Assembly (NCBI GenBank): GCA_001643675.2
Contig: LSRY02000034.1
Span: 496,001-560,000, forward strand
Reading direction: 5' to 3'
Length of the DNA: 64,000 nt
Source of the DNA: Monocercomonoides exilis PA203
Taxonomy: Eukaryota > Protista > Preaxostyla
A program made the position numbers and the translations under genes. Every line of letters starts with the position of its first letter. Positions within the stretch are counted from its first letter, which is position 1. Below the pieces are notes generated by a model, which saw nothing but the letters and a program-made list of their open reading frames with translations, searched no databases and was not told the DNA's origin. This document shows, one piece after another, positions 39,001-53,271 of this stretch.

Positions 39001-42000
39001 GATTGTGAATGAGCATTGCTTCACCTCCATCGATGACTCTCCACTCTTCACACACATCATCAGCGCACCTCCCCTTTCACTCGTCTCGCTCGCACACCGG
39101 CTGAATGTGCACTTCTCAACAACACTCTCCACAGCATCGAACAACCCGAAACAAAGAATGATTGCACTGTTACCAGAGCATGTGTTGTTGGTAAAAGACG
39201 ATGACTGGATTTGGAGGGAACAACAAGACTTGCCTGACACTTCGTTGTGAGCAGATGAATGCTGAGACAGATGAGATGGTGCTCTTTCGAATGATATAAG
39301 AGAGTTCGAAGTTGTCGAAACATTCGAGACTGTCATGTTGGAAAAGATGATTGACTGAGTGGGAAGTGAAACAAGGAGAAATGGACGAGTGGATGAGAAC
39401 GAGGACAATGTGCAATTGTCAATCAGCAGGCTTCCCTCTGATACACTCAACAAAGTGAATGAGACAGGCTCACTTGCACTTTGAGTTGAGAAAGAGCAGT
39501 GCTTCATTTGGAGAAGTGATGAGAAAGTTGAGGATCTGATGAATGTTCTGTGATGGGCAAATGCTGTTGGGATGTGAAAGGAGAGAACCTCAAATGAAAG
39601 ATGAATGTCCGAATGGATCATCCATTCTTCATTTCCAATCTGATCATCACCCACAGCTATCCCTGACTCATTGCCTTTCCCAATAATTGTCAGCGAGACT
39701 TGTTCTGATTCGATAGAAGATGAAAGTGAAAGGGATGAAGTGAGTGAGCAGATGTGGGATAGTGAAATGGACAATCCATCTTTAACATCATCAGAAGTGC
39801 TTTTAGGAAGTGGGGTGAATTTGAGGGAGATGAGATGGGAGATAGACCTGCATGGAGCAACATCATATCCACATCCACTGAAGTCTCCTCCTTCCTGCCC
39901 ATCGACAAATCCACTTCCACTGAAGTTGCTCCACAGATACACCACAAGCGGAATCACAAACCCAACCCCTGTGCTGCTTCTCTCCCACCCACACAGCTCG
40001 TCCAGCGATGACTTTTCCTTCTCACTCATCTCCCAACAGAAATGGGCTGAATCCACAACCTCATTCAGAGCGCTCCCATTCACAAACACATTCTTCCCTT
40101 TCCAGGCACAGCACCCCACAAACCTCAAATCCAGGAGAACAAACTGAGTTGCTTCATCCTCCAATGATAGAAACATTCCTCCTCCCAAGCCATCCTCTTC
40201 TCCTTCTTCCCTCTTTCCTGCACAGCACCCTTCAAACTTCGATGATCCATTCACAACCATTTCATCGCTGCCTCTCAGGCACACATGTGTCCCTCCTCCT
40301 TTTGCTCTGTTCCTCTTTGCCCAGCATCCATTCAATGTGCAGTTGTCAATTATCAGTTGCTTATTTTCCGATTCATGGGTATTTGGCTCGTTTTCAACAC
40401 AAGCACAAGCTCCATCCCCATTCTCTTTTGTAACTCCCTCAAAAACACATTCAACACAATTCATAACAAAACTGCTCCCTTTCCCTTCAATCAATGAACT
40501 CGATGAAAACACCATTTCTCCTTTTGTCTCAAACATTTCCATCTTCAACTCCCCTCCAACCACACTCACAAAGCAGAATCCAATCTCACTCCCCGTCTCA
40601 GAAGATGAATTCATTGATGAACAGTTCGAAAGAGTGAGAGAAGAAGTGGAAGCTGGGAGTGTGACGAAAGAGTGGGCATTTGAGAGAGAAGAAGGAAGAG
40701 AAAAACAGATGTTGTATATTGAGCATTCTGTGGAAACACTCACCAGCCATTGGTTGGAGAGCTCTGCTGGCGCATGCACATCAACAACAATTCCCCTTTC
40801 CTCACATGAGATGTTCCAAACTGGTCCATCCATCATCATCTCCTCATCCAGTTCATATCCCTCTCCAACAACAATCTGCCTTTGTGATAAGCCAAATCTG
40901 ATTTGAACAGCATGCATTATCGTCTGACATGGGAAATTGACGAATCCACAAAAATTCGAATCAAAAACCCAGTTTCCTTCAGTTCCTCCAACATGCGCTG
41001 GTGGTTGGAATGACTCCAAAAACGCATTCAACGGAAATAAGCCCATCTCACTCAGACTTCTATCAAATCCTATCAACTCTTCATATCCAAGCTCATTCAG
41101 AGAAACACAAATCTTCTCCAAATTGATTGTCTCGCCATTCATGTTGCTCCCATTCACAAAGATATCTCTCCCTCCCTCTCTTGCCTCACAATCCACAAAA
41201 CTCACTGAAGAAATCACAAAGTCCGCTGCCCCATCCCCCAGCCAGAGATACAATCCTCCTCCACACTTGCTGCATGAACATGAGTCGAGTGTGGTTGGAA
41301 ATGAAGAAGATCCCATTCTGAATACACTGGTTGATGATACCATATCAATCCTGATCCCTCCTCCATTCCCACTCCTGCACTCACAGTTCTCAATTATTGT
41401 GTTCCACAGACAAAATGACTCTCCCTCACTGATTGTCTTTGAAAACACTGCTCCATCTCCTTCTGTTTTGATCACATGCGAAAAGTTGGAATTTGCAACA
41501 AAACATTCATCATTGTTTGGAAGTGGAGAAGATGAAGACAGCAACAACAATGAAGCAGAAGAGGTTTCTTGAAAGAGACTGGTCTTAGACAATATGTTCT
41601 TGACAATGCAATCAGTCATTCGAAAGTTGGCAAAATTCACCTCAAACAAACTGTTCAAATATTCTTTTGAGCGGAGGCCTTCCTGATTCAATGGGGTGCT
41701 GATGACAAGCTCTTGGAGAAATAGTTGAGAATTTGAGGAGCTCAGTCGGAACAGTCTTGAACTTTCATGTGAGTCAAACACAATCCTCACAAAAGACAAT
41801 TTGCATATCCCATCATCAACACTCAGAAACACTTGATCTTCTCCAACCTGGACTGGATTCAATTTAGTCAGATCCTTTCCTCTTCCTTGAATAGAAATTC
41901 TCTTCCCAAATACAATATATCCATTTGATTCAATCATTTCATAAGTTCCCTCGATCAGCATGATTCTGCATCTGCTCTTTGTTAATTCATTCTCAAGTGT

Positions 42001-43831
42001 GAATTTCAATGAACTGCAACCATCCTTAACTGTCAACCCACAGAGCACATTGTTGTTTCCTCCATCTGGAATGACATATCTCACAAGAAATCCATTTGGC
42101 AGCCACTCGTTCTTTGTGCCTTGTGAAGAGCTCACACATCGACTTTCTCCACTTGTCAATGAATAACATTCCACAAAGGGATTTTCTTTTATCTTTTCAT
42201 CGGAATCTTGTAAATATATATCGGATGCCTGTGGGGCAGAATTGTTGAAAAAGAAACAATAGAAACAAAATTTAGCATTCAATTCGAGAGAATTGACATA
42301 TATATAAATACCTCCTCCATGTGAAGTGTTTGCGGAACAATTCTGAAAGATGCATTCGCTCATAATGAAGAATGATTGAATATGCCTTTCAACACAAAGG
42401 CCACCTCCATAGTGACTTTCTGCCGTTTCATTTGCACAAGTGATATTGAACAAAAGGATTGGTAATCCATTTTCGAGAGTATTCAAATTGCATTCCGTTG
42501 ATGTGGAAGTGCCTCCTTCATTTAGGTAAAATGCACCTCCATACCAAGTGGTATATCCATTTTTTGCAGTCGAATGAACAACATCATAACATTGTGATTT
42601 ATCGATAAAGATTGCTCCTCCATAAGAGCCCACATTTTCGTTATTTCTTTTTCCGATGCAATGATCGAAGGTGCAGTTTCCTATTTTAGTGCTCACAGAA
42701 TCAAAAACGCATATTCCTCCTCCCCATCTGCTGCAGGAGCAGTTCTGAATTCAAACAACAAAAAGAAAAGAGAACGATAATGAAAAAATTGAAAAAGCCA
42801 ATAACTTCCATATTTTTTGATTGATATTCAAAAACAGATCAAACCTTAAAAATGCAGCTCTTAACACTCAATGCTGATGAAGGACCATTGAACAAGATGG
42901 TTCCTCCGCAAGTGTGAAATCCAATGTCTGTTGCTGAATAATCAGCGACATGCTGATCAACAAATTCTGTGTATTCAAAGCTCCAATCTTCATTCAGTTC
43001 AATTCGTGAACTTGAATTCATTGTTCTGGAGCAATGCATCACACTTGCATTGAAAACATGCAATGGCCGATTGCCATCTCCAATTCCTCCATAAAACACA
43101 TTTTCAACACCACCAAACTCACACCCAGAAATCATGAATGCTTCGTTCACTTTTTGAAGAGATGAGATTTCTGAACAAAATGGATCCTTCTTTTGAGCGG
43201 AAGAAATGTTTGAGAAGATACATTTGGAAATGGATAAAGAAGACGAAGGTGAGGACTCAATTATCGGAGCCTTTGCAAAAACAAAATCAGAAAATGTTGA
43301 GGATGACAATGAGATTGTTTCAAAATCATTCCCAGTCCATTTCTTGCTGCCTGAATGCTCAGAAACCACTAATTGTGGTATTTGACAGATTTGACTTTTT
43401 GTGTTCAATGATATGTTGTTGAAGAGTGCTCTTCCATGGGCAATTCTGAACATGCCATTTTCTTTCTCATCGTTGCACAATATCACACATCCAAGAACTG
43501 CGATGCTTGAGAAAGTGCCATCAACAATATTGGAATTTCCTCTGATTTGAAACAGCAACTGTGAGAATGTTATCGAAGAATTCACAAATGCAAATAACGT
43601 TTTCAAATAGGTACTGTCAAAAGCCGTTCGAAAATAATTGAAGGCATATCGATCTTTGTTATGGTTAACTTGTTCAACGTATTGTTTTACGTTATCTGAT
43701 GAATATTCAAATTTTTCGCAAAATCCAACAAAGGGAGATTGAAATTGTCTATCATTGAAACAATAATCTTCAATTGAATAAGTGGTTTTCAAAGAACTCA
43801 ATGAAATTATCAAATAGATTGCAAGTCCCAT
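36007..43831 (-). CDS. Large type I surface protein (~2,574 aa): GG(A/G)(I/L/V) beta-helix/Pmp-like repeats, one TM helix, cytoplasmic kinase-like remnant
   Basis: Signal peptide at 43831. Intron 42844-42745 joins SCIFK|NCSCSRWGGGI. Recurrent GGAI/GGGL and CG-x4-PC-x-[TS]I motifs. TM FWLNIVIVLAIILAIFFALFVVVVALL. Tail RWKAPE...VFILGLILHEMTTGEVP...RPSL. Confidence 0.85.
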
Positions 43832-44120
43832 GCAGGACCCTATTTATAATTCCTGCTCTTTTTTTGACGAAAAATGGTATTTTCTGATCTTTTCAAGAAT
43901 TTGTTACAAATTTATTTTGATTAAAAAAGAAATAATATTCACAAAATTTACCAATATGCACGAATATATTAAAATTTTTGTATTGAAATGTTTTTTGAAT
44001 TTATTGTTTCTAAAAATAGGTTTTTGAGAAAATTTTTATTCTTTTCTATAAAAGTTTTTCATATATATTTCTTTCATTTTTTATCCTAGTTAACTTTTAA
44101 TTTATTAGTGAATAAAACAT

Positions 44121-45615
44121 GTGGGAAGCGACCCACTGGAGAAAACTGTTGAGCTTGTGACCGAGCTTTTGGAAACCGACTTTTTTGTTTGGATTGATTT
44201 TTTTTTCCTATTGCTTCTTTGCTTGACCCGTTATTGTCCTGTTGCTTCTATGTGCTTCTTTTTTTTTGGTTGTGCTTGTATCTGTTGTGATGCTGCTGGT
44301 TGTCTGCTCAATTGCGATTCTTTTTATTTCCCCTTTTGCGGGAAGATGTATCTGCACCGGGTGGATCAGCGGCTGCACTCGGAGCAGTTTGTGCGCTCGG
44401 TGCTTTTCCAGGTGCTGAAGGCTGTTGGGTATCTGCATGCAAACTGGGTCATCCATCGCGATTTGAAGCCGAGCAACATTCTTCTGAATGGCGATGGAAA
44501 GGCAAAACTGGGTGTGGGGAGAGAGACAGAAATTTGCTCCTTTTTCTTTTCTTTTCTTAAAAGAACTCTTCTTTTATTGATGGGTAACATCTTTTGATTG
44601 CTCGTATGTGCCTTTTTTTGATGTCTGATATTCTGGACTGGGGCATTCAGCGGACTTTGGATTTGCGAGATCGTTCCAAGCACCTCCTGAGGCGCTGTCA
44701 CGTGATAAGGTGCGGGTGACACATTGGTATCAACCACCAGAGCAGGCGCTGGGGGCGGAGATGTATGCGCCATCTGTGGACATGTGGTCGATGGGGTGCA
44801 TCTGCGCCGAGGCGATGACTGGATTGCCTCTGTTCCAAAGCTCTGAGAACAGACCTGAGAAGGTGCTAGAGAACATCACGACCACCCTGGGAGACATAGA
44901 GAAGCAGTGGGCAGGGGTGCGTGCAATGGCAGAGTACAAGAAGCTGAAGGGGAAGTTGGCTGGCGGAGGCGGAGGAGGAGGTGGCGGTGGAGCACCCGGA
45001 AAAGGAGGAGCGAACGTGATCGGCTTGGGGCTGCGTAACCGTCTGGAAGAGAAGCTTGATCGGCTGTGCGAGAAGGAGCGAAGGAGAAGTCTGTATCCGG
45101 TGGAGAAACATCTGATTGGGCAGATGGTGTGGTATAATCCGGAGCTGAGGATATCGGCAGAGCAGGCGCTGCTGCACCCTTACTTCACAGTCCCTCCCGA
45201 AGAGCATCCCCACCTGTCCATTCACCGTGTGGAACAGCTGTTTGTGTCTGCCACTGCTTCGCTCGCCCGCTCGCTCGCTGCTGATCCTCAGCCTGTTCCA
45301 CTGGCGCTGCAGGTCCAGGAAGGGAAAGGTGGGCTGGATGAAGAGATTGAGCTAGGCACTGCCAGTTTTGATGGGCATTGCGCAAAGTGCGAGGCGGACA
45401 CATTGGAGCTACCAGACATTCCGCTTGTGCCAATTGCAAGTGTTGTGGCAGAGTTGCAGAGGAAGCAGATATTTGCGAAGGTGCATGTGTCGGAGGAGGA
45501 TGCAGCGACAGCAGAGGTGTTTGGGAAAAGTGGAGTGTGCATTGCACAGCTAATCAGAGAGGTTGAGGAGTTTGGGGTGAAAGAAGGCAAAGAGGAGGAA
45601 CAGGGCACTTCTTGA
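44121..45615 (+). CDS. CDK-family (CDK8-like) Ser/Thr kinase, apparently 5'-truncated or a pseudogene
   Basis: [28 protein letters not shown], spliced [43 protein letters not shown]. No Gly-loop, VAIK or alphaC sequence is visible upstream. Confidence 0.75.
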
Positions 45616-46398
45616 GTAAATGAGCACAGAAGCAGTGAAAAAAAGAAAGAAATTTCGAAGTTGACCGCTTGACTGATGGAAACTATTGGAGCACGCTCAG
45701 ATTGAATCCGAGTGAAATGAACGGAAACAGCATTTGGCAAGTTTCCATATTGATTAAGACTTCTTTCAGAAGTCTTCAAGAAGTCTTCAAGAACGATAGT
45801 TAGTTTTTTCATAAACATCAAAATGCAGATGAAGCCTGGTTTTATCATATCAGATTTTTTGTATTATATTTAATTTATTTTATGTTGGAGAAAATGAAAA
45901 TAAAATAATTCTTCTCATCTTTCAGTGTTTTCCTTCTTTTCGTTCAAAAAAATCTTCAATTCCGAAAGTTAGCACAAAAACTTGAATGAAAAAGCTAAAA
46001 TGTATTTGGATAAAAATTACAGCGTTATTAGAAGACAATCCACTTTTCTGATTTTTTTTATTTTTGAATAACTGTGATGATTGAATAAAACAATAAACAT
46101 TAATCTTGTTCTGGAAACAACAACAGAAGTGAATGGCGAAATGGATTAAAAGATTTTTTTATTTCTTTTGTATTCTTTTCATTTTTATTTTTACAAAGAA
46201 TGCGATCTGAAACCATATGTTTTTCAATTGTTGAATGGAAAAACATATGAAAATGAAAAGGCAGGAAATGCCGTTTGAATTTAGCAGAACCAAGGGGCGA
46301 AGAAGTAAAGGTATGAAATATAATTTATGTATTTTCAAATGCAAAGATGAACGCATTGGCTTTACAATGAATTTGCTGATTTAGATTCACCTCTTTCC

Positions 46399-49222
46399 TT
46401 GGCACGAGTTGTGGCAAATCTGGAAACACAGAGCGAGTGCCGTGCGCAATTGTCAAGTGCACGCTGTATGCAGCTAAATCCTGAGCTTTTAGCATCTACA
46501 TCGAGAAGCAGGGAAGCGACGAACATTTCTTCTTCATTTTGCTTTTCTCCTCCAGTTATTCGAGATTTGAATCCACAGAATGCATCTGGGTCAGCAATGT
46601 GCATGAGCGAGTATCCCTATGCATCTGGAAGAACGGATGCAGGGTCATTTGCGCCAAGATTCTCATTTGGAAGTCAAAATCTTTATTCTTCCTTTTCAGC
46701 TCAACCACAGCAGCAGCAAGTGCAGCAACCCAGCATTGCAAATGCTTCAGGGCGAAAGGGGGCGGTAAATAAGCCGGCTGTGAGCAAGGCATTTATGGAT
46801 TCCTTAAGGAGCTCAGCTGGATCTATTCAGTTTATCTTGCCAGACGGTTCAGATTCAGCACAAATTGGCACAAAAGAAAAGGATCGCATGCACACCACTG
46901 AAGAAGATCAAAACGGTGAAATGAAAGATGAAGAAGAAAATGTTGAAAGAGGATCGGAAGTGAATGCTATTGATGGAATCGAAAGAAAGAAAAAAGATGA
47001 GGAAGAGAGTGAAGATGGTGCTGAGTGCTCCACTTCGGAAGAGATAAAAGCAAAAGAGTCGATTTGTCAACGAGAAAATGAACAGGAAATTACTGAATTA
47101 ACACCAACTGTTTTGGAGCATCAACTTCAAAATGAAATGGAAGAGAGAAAAGAAGATAGAGAAAGTGAGGAAGAAGAAGAGGAAGAGGAAGAGGAGGAAA
47201 ATGAAGAGGAGGAAAACGAAGAAGAGGAGAAAGAGGAGAAAGAGGAGAAAGAGGAGAACAAAGAGAACAAAGAGAAAGAAAGTGATGAAAGAAATGATGA
47301 GGACGAAGAGGAAGATGAGGAAGATGAGGAGGAAGGGGCAGGAGAAGGAGAAGATGAATCTTCAAGAAACAAAGAAAAAGATGAAGAAAAGATGGAAAAC
47401 GAAAACGAAAAAGAAAAAGAAAAAGAAAAAGAAAAAGAAACAGAGGAAAAGGAAGCGAGAAGAGCATTTTCATCATCATTGTCCACTCTTCAGGAGCATG
47501 TCATGCAGCAACCTCAAACGCCGCCATTGGAGCTTCAATCTCCAGTTGCAACTGAACAATTGCAATCATCGCATTTTTCTTCTTCCACAGGAAGTGATAC
47601 AGTTAATGAGAGCATGGTGAGTGCATTGCAAAGGGAACAGATTGGTTCAGAAACAGAAAGAACACAAGGAAGAAGAGAAGAAGGAGGAGAAGAAGAAAGA
47701 CTCATTGAGAAAAGAAGAGGAGGAGCAGAAGAGGAGAGAGCGAGATGGGATCAGCCAGATGAAAATGGAAATGGCGTGCGTGCGGCTTCAGCAAAGCGGC
47801 ACATCATCAAAAATCTGAAGATTGTGAATAATGCGACGCTGAAGGAGAAGACGGAGCAGCTGATCTCGGCCACCATCCACGCATCGATCATTGCCACACA
47901 AACAGCGCTGGAGCAGGACGAGGCATTGCTGGCAGCACACGCAGCGAATGATTGGGACGAGAAAGAAGAAGAGCAAGGAGTGCGAGTGATGGCTGAGTCG
48001 ATGGCTGAGCAGAAAGAAAAAGTGTCTGAAGGATTTGGCTTTGATTATGTTGGATATGAAAGAGAGCTTGCCGGAAAAGCGACGACACCTTCAGCAGCGC
48101 TGATGAAAGCATCGTCAATGGCTCCATCTCTGTACTCTTCTGCATCGTCATCATATTCCACATATCCTCTCTCATCCTCCTCCTCTTCTTCCTCTTCTTC
48201 CTCCTCAACATCATCATCCTATTCTTCTTCTCCTCTTCCTTCTACGCCTCCTCCGATGAGCAGAGCAAGCTGTGTGGGAAGGGAATTGGCTCCGGCTGTG
48301 GCAATGGTGTTTCCGGATCTGCGTCTACCTCCGGAGACTGTGGCATTCTTGTCGGTTGGTGCGCCTGTGGTGAAGATTGGAACAGACTCTTTGTCTCGGA
48401 TGTTCTACTTAACTGCCGAAGGAATTGATCCGATGATGCGAAGGCAGCCTGTAATGCCATTAGGTGTGACTGTTTTTTTTTTCTATTCTTTAAATTTCAT
48501 TGATATTTTTTTTTATCGTTTGCTTTTAAATGGCTATGATGAATGTGTTCTTTGTCAATTATTTCTGTCCTTGGTTTTCTTTGATGTGTTATTGCTGCTG
48601 AATTGCTGCAGCTGGGAGAGAAGGGAAAGAGAGGAGAACTGAAGGAGCGAATGCGTTGGGGGTGCCGTTTGTGCGGGGAGGAGTGTTTTCGAGTGGGGCG
48701 TTTGCGGGGCTGGCGTGGCGGAAGAGCAGAGCAGGCGAAGTGGTGGGGACATGCCACTTCAGAGACATGGCTTCGATCAGGTGCTACGGCCGCTCAGGGA
48801 AAGAGCAGCGGGCAGAGAGCATGCCGCCTTCAAATGCAGACGCTGTGATGGAGAGCATCACAAACTCGAGCGATTTCTTGGCGAAGTGGGGACCGCTGGT
48901 GCGGAGCATGCAAGGGAGCAGTGGAAGTGGAGACGAAGCAGAGGAGCAAGAAGAAGTGGGATCAGTGGGTCGCAGGAGAGGAGGAAGGGATTCGTTTAAA
49001 AATAGTGGAAGGCTTGGTGCTATCCTTGAGCATGTACCGTTTGCGCCTGAGGCAACGATGTTCTCATTGAGGAGGACGGAGCACCGCTCGCAGATCACGT
49101 TTGCATTTGGATCTCCGTTTGAGATGGAGAGCTGGGTGATGTGCATCAGCCAGGCACATTGCGTGTGGCGAGGGATGGAGATGAAGGAGAAAATTCTGCG
49201 CGAGGAAATGGAAGCTCGCTGA
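46399..49222 (+). CDS. Acidic low-complexity protein with a C-terminal PH-like domain
   Basis: Intron 48464-48611 gives an in-frame join. PH-like pattern GAPVVKIG..SRMFYL...LAWRKS...FRDMASIR...FSL...RSQITFAFGSPFEMESWVMCI. 5' end uncertain. Confidence 0.65.
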
Positions 49223-49348
49223 ATGGGTTAAACAGATGTTGTTTTCTTTGTTTTTACTAATTTCTCATATTTTTAGTCCATTTTCATTTTTCTTTCAATT
49301 TTTTCAGTTTTTTATGAATGCCCATAAATTTTTTATTTATTGTGTTAA

Positions 49349-51960
49349 ATGTCATTTTGTCGAATTGCAGCTGCTCATCCGATTGATGAAGAATCTTCTG
49401 AGCATCGGATTTCAGATTTCCCGGATGAAGGGAGTCATTACAAAGGAGTATCATTTAGCCCTGATGGACTCTGTTTACTGTCTTACTCTGGGGTCTGATT
49501 TTTCTTTATGAAATTTTTTTATTTAAAAAAACTGATGGTTCTAGAATAAAAAAATTTATATATACAATGTTCCATCACAAAACTTCATAAGTAAAGCAAG
49601 TAATGAAGAATGGAAGCCTGTTTTTACTATTAATGAAGCAGAAACAATTCATGACGTTTGCTGGTATCCATATATGTCGAGCATGTGTTTGCCGTATATA
49701 TACTTATGATTGAATTTTGAATATATAAACAAAAATTTTTGTTTTCTTTTCGATTTCAGATCCTGAGACAAGCTTTTTCATTTCAGTTTCTTCACAAATG
49801 CCAATTCATGCTTGGGATGCTTTTACAGGAAAGGTTCTCTTTTATTTTTCATTGAATAATTTTTAACAAAAATTTTTTATTCCTTTTATTATTCTTTTTT
49901 CAAGTTACTTTCAACTTATTCAGCATTTGGTCCAACTGAAGAGCCTCTAACTCTTTATTCACTTGATTTTTCAATTGACGGAACAAAGTATTCATATTTT
50001 TTATATATATTGATAATTTATTTTTCGATATTTTGTTTTCAAGGATTTATAGCGGAGGTTCATCGTTAATTCAACTCTGGGATGTGAACAGATCAGGGCG
50101 ATCAATCATTTCTTCAAGCACGTTTTCCAAAAAAGATCAATCAGGATTAAAAGGTCCGATAACGTCAATTGACGTGAATCCCCAGGATCAAAATATGCTT
50201 GGCTGTGGATGTGCTGATGGAAAGGTTGGAATATTTGTGAGTGAAGGCGGATGGAGCGGAACGATGTTGTGTGGCTCGCATACGACAATGGGTAATGTGA
50301 AAGGGTTGCGAGAGGAAGATGCAGAAAATGCGCTTGGTGATGATTACAGTGCTGAAGGAAGTTGCAGCAGCAGTAGTAGTAAAAGCAGTAGTGGTATTGG
50401 CGATGGGTCGAAGTTGGCAGATGTGGAGGAAGTGAAAAGAAAGCAGATGGGAAATGAAGCAAGTTTTTATGATATGTCATATATGTCTGATGAAAAGATA
50501 GAGGCTGATTCGAAAGAAAAAGAAGAAAAAGAACAAGAGGCAGCTGCTGGGGAGAATGAAACAGTTTCAATTAACAATTCTTCCAGTATTGAAGAAGAGA
50601 AAGGCCAAAAGGAATCAACAGCACAAACTGAAGTTGCATCAGAAGCAGCACCAGAAACAGAAGCAACTGCAGAATCAAAAGCAGTGTCAATGACAGTAAA
50701 CACGAATGATATTCAACTCAGTTATCCTTCAGAACTTCCTCATTATCTCACTCCATTTGCGCCTTTTCCTGCAGAAATGCTGGAGTCAAGCAGGTTTATG
50801 AAGAACAGTTTCAAGAAAGGAAAGGGAATAAACGGGAATATTTGGTGTGATTTGATTTTGGAGGGTCATTTCAAAAAACACAAAAAGCTGTTGACAAAAA
50901 CATTTTCCCATTCGCCAGTTGATAATTCGTCTCCGTTGCAGAATTCGAACATTGTTCCTCAACCTCTTCAAGCATCCTCAATTGCTTCTTCTTCTTCTTC
51001 TTCTTCTTCTGTCTCATTATTTTCTCCTTCTCCAGAAACTTTGCAGTCCTCATCATCAGCACTTCAGCAACTTGCTTCTTCGAGCGTTCCTCCTCAACCG
51101 CGACCCCGCCGGCGCTGTGGAGTGACGAAAGTGCAGTTCTCTCCACTGGGAAACACACTTGTGTCTGGCGCCCGCCGCAATGAGCTGCTGTGCTGCTGGG
51201 ACATCAGGAACACAGGAAAGAGGCTGTTTACAATGAAGCGCGAGTGCCACACGAATCAGAGAGTTGGATTTGACTTCACAAGGGACGGGAAATATGTGGT
51301 GAGCGGAGGGCAGAATGGAAAGGTGTCGTTTTTTGATGCGGTTAATGACGGTAAATGCGTGTTGGAGATTCAGCAAGAAGGTTTGATACAGAAGTTTAAA
51401 AAGTTCAAAGAAAAGAAAAATTTTAATTGGTTCCTTTGATATTTGTTCACAATGCATCTATTGATTTATTCTTTTATAAATGTTACATATTTAATTTTTT
51501 TGATTGTGATGATATTATTTGAATCATATTTATTTTTTTTTTCGATCTCTTTTTATTTAAATCAAAATTCTTTTTCTTAAATTCAGATTCTGTTAACGAT
51601 GTTTCTGTGCATCCAACGCTCCCTCTTCTAGCAACGACCACAGGGCAGCATCGTTTTGGAATTCCATTTTTGGAAAAACTGAAATTGGAAGAAAATGCCA
51701 CAAAAGCAAACGAGATGGCTGAAGTAAAGCAGGCAGTCGTAGAAGAATATGAAGCAGGCGCTGCAAGCGCATCAAGTCAAATAGAAATAGATCCACAATC
51801 TTCATCCGCATCTTCTTCTTCTTCTTCTTCTTCTTCTTCTTCAGTCTCTTATATTCCTCCATATAAACGCCCGGTTGTGAAACGAGGTTACTTCCCTCCT
51901 GCATCAAAGAGCATGCTTTCTATCTTTTCTGTTCAAATGTTGGAGCGTCAGCATTCCTGA
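49349..51960 (+). CDS. WRAP53: Telomerase Cajal body protein 1 (WRAP53/TCAB1/WDR79), multi-exon WD40
   Basis: KGVSFSPDGLCLL, EAETIHDVCWYPYMS, PIHAWDAFTG, SLDFSIDGTK, SGARRNELLCCWDIR, TNQRVGFD, VSVHPTLPLLATTTGQHRF. Confidence 0.9.
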
Positions 51961-52210
51961 ACGAAAATAGCGTGTTGTTGAAAGAGCTTAAAATTACCGA
52001 AGTGAATGAACAAGAAAAATGTATGAACACAATAATGAAAAATTTTCATGAAAGTCAATTTCATGAAAGTACATCAAAATGCCTTCCTTTGGAGAATACT
52101 GTATTTTTGAACAACGATAGCGAAAAGGATATCCTCGCAATGATAAATTCTGAAATGTGATGAAATGGAATATCTTTTCTGAAGATTAGAACATATGTTC
52201 AGTATTTATT

Positions 52211-53074
52211 TCAGGCGTTGCCTTCCTCTTGCATTTCCTTTAAATTCACAGTTTCCCTTTCCATTTTCAATCTGTCAGATTCCTTTTTTAGTAGCGTGTC
52301 TTGAACCACAAAAACAAGAGAGCTAACGATAATTGGTTCAATACCCATCAAAATGAATATTTTTAGATTTTTATGGTTATTTAGCGGAGATATTAGAATT
52401 GCACTGATCCAATTCAACGGAGTTGAGAAAATCCATACGATAATTGTAGTAATCGTCTTGCTGATAGAAACAATAATTGACCAAACTGTTAGTTGGGCAA
52501 AAAATGCAAAATATTTTGGAGGATTTCCATAGTTCCCACTCTTCAAAAATGAGAGTTGGCGAAATTTAGGTTTGGATAAAAGTCTTTCGCATAAAGAATT
52601 TATTTTATAATTGAAGAATATGCAAATTATGCAATCAGCATGATAGTTTGTCAGGTACCTTTCATAAATATTTTTGCTTTTGAAACAAAGTGGTAATAAT
52701 GTATACATACCAAACGCAAGGATCTTCATTTGCATTTCCACTAAACAGCAATGAAAGTCCTAACGACGAAAAATGTTGAATGATTGTTCCTTATCAATAA
52801 CATAACATTTGTTAAATACTATTATAACTTTGAATATCAATGGAAATAATACCTACAGTTTGCTTCAATAAATCAAACCACCAAACTTTTAAAGGCCTTT
52901 TTGGACTTTCTTTCTGTCTCATAACTGTGGTTACAATAAACACGAAACAAACTTTTCATGAAATCAAGTTGGGAACAACATACAGAAAACTGCAACGAAA
53001 GCAACAAGGAAAAGCAGTGTTTGAGATATCCAAGATAGCGCGCCTGTTAGTTCGCAATCATTTTGTTGTGCCAT
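52211..53074 (-). CDS. STIMATE/TMEM110-family membrane protein
   Basis: N-terminal CELTGALSWISQ, ESPKRPLKVWWFDLLKQ, LKSGNYGNPP, FAQLTVW, VQDTLLK. Multi-exon; exon edges not fully resolved. Confidence 0.85.
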
Positions 53075-53271
53075 GAAAATTATAAAATAAAAATCAGATT
53101 GATCTTTATGTAATGAAATAAACACAGAATAATTCTTGTTTTTGATATACAAATAAAATGTCTATTTTTAATGAACAAATTCATGAAACAATTTTGGTGA
53201 AAAGAGATAAAAAAAAATGAAAATGTTTGATCTTTAAACAACGGTTTTTGATCTGATTATTTTCAATTCAC

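Noticed and set aside
20664-51960. PAPD5-like and TCAB1 genes as a telomerase-RNA maturation cluster
   Set aside because: They are 17 kb apart with unrelated genes between them; no evidence of co-regulation.
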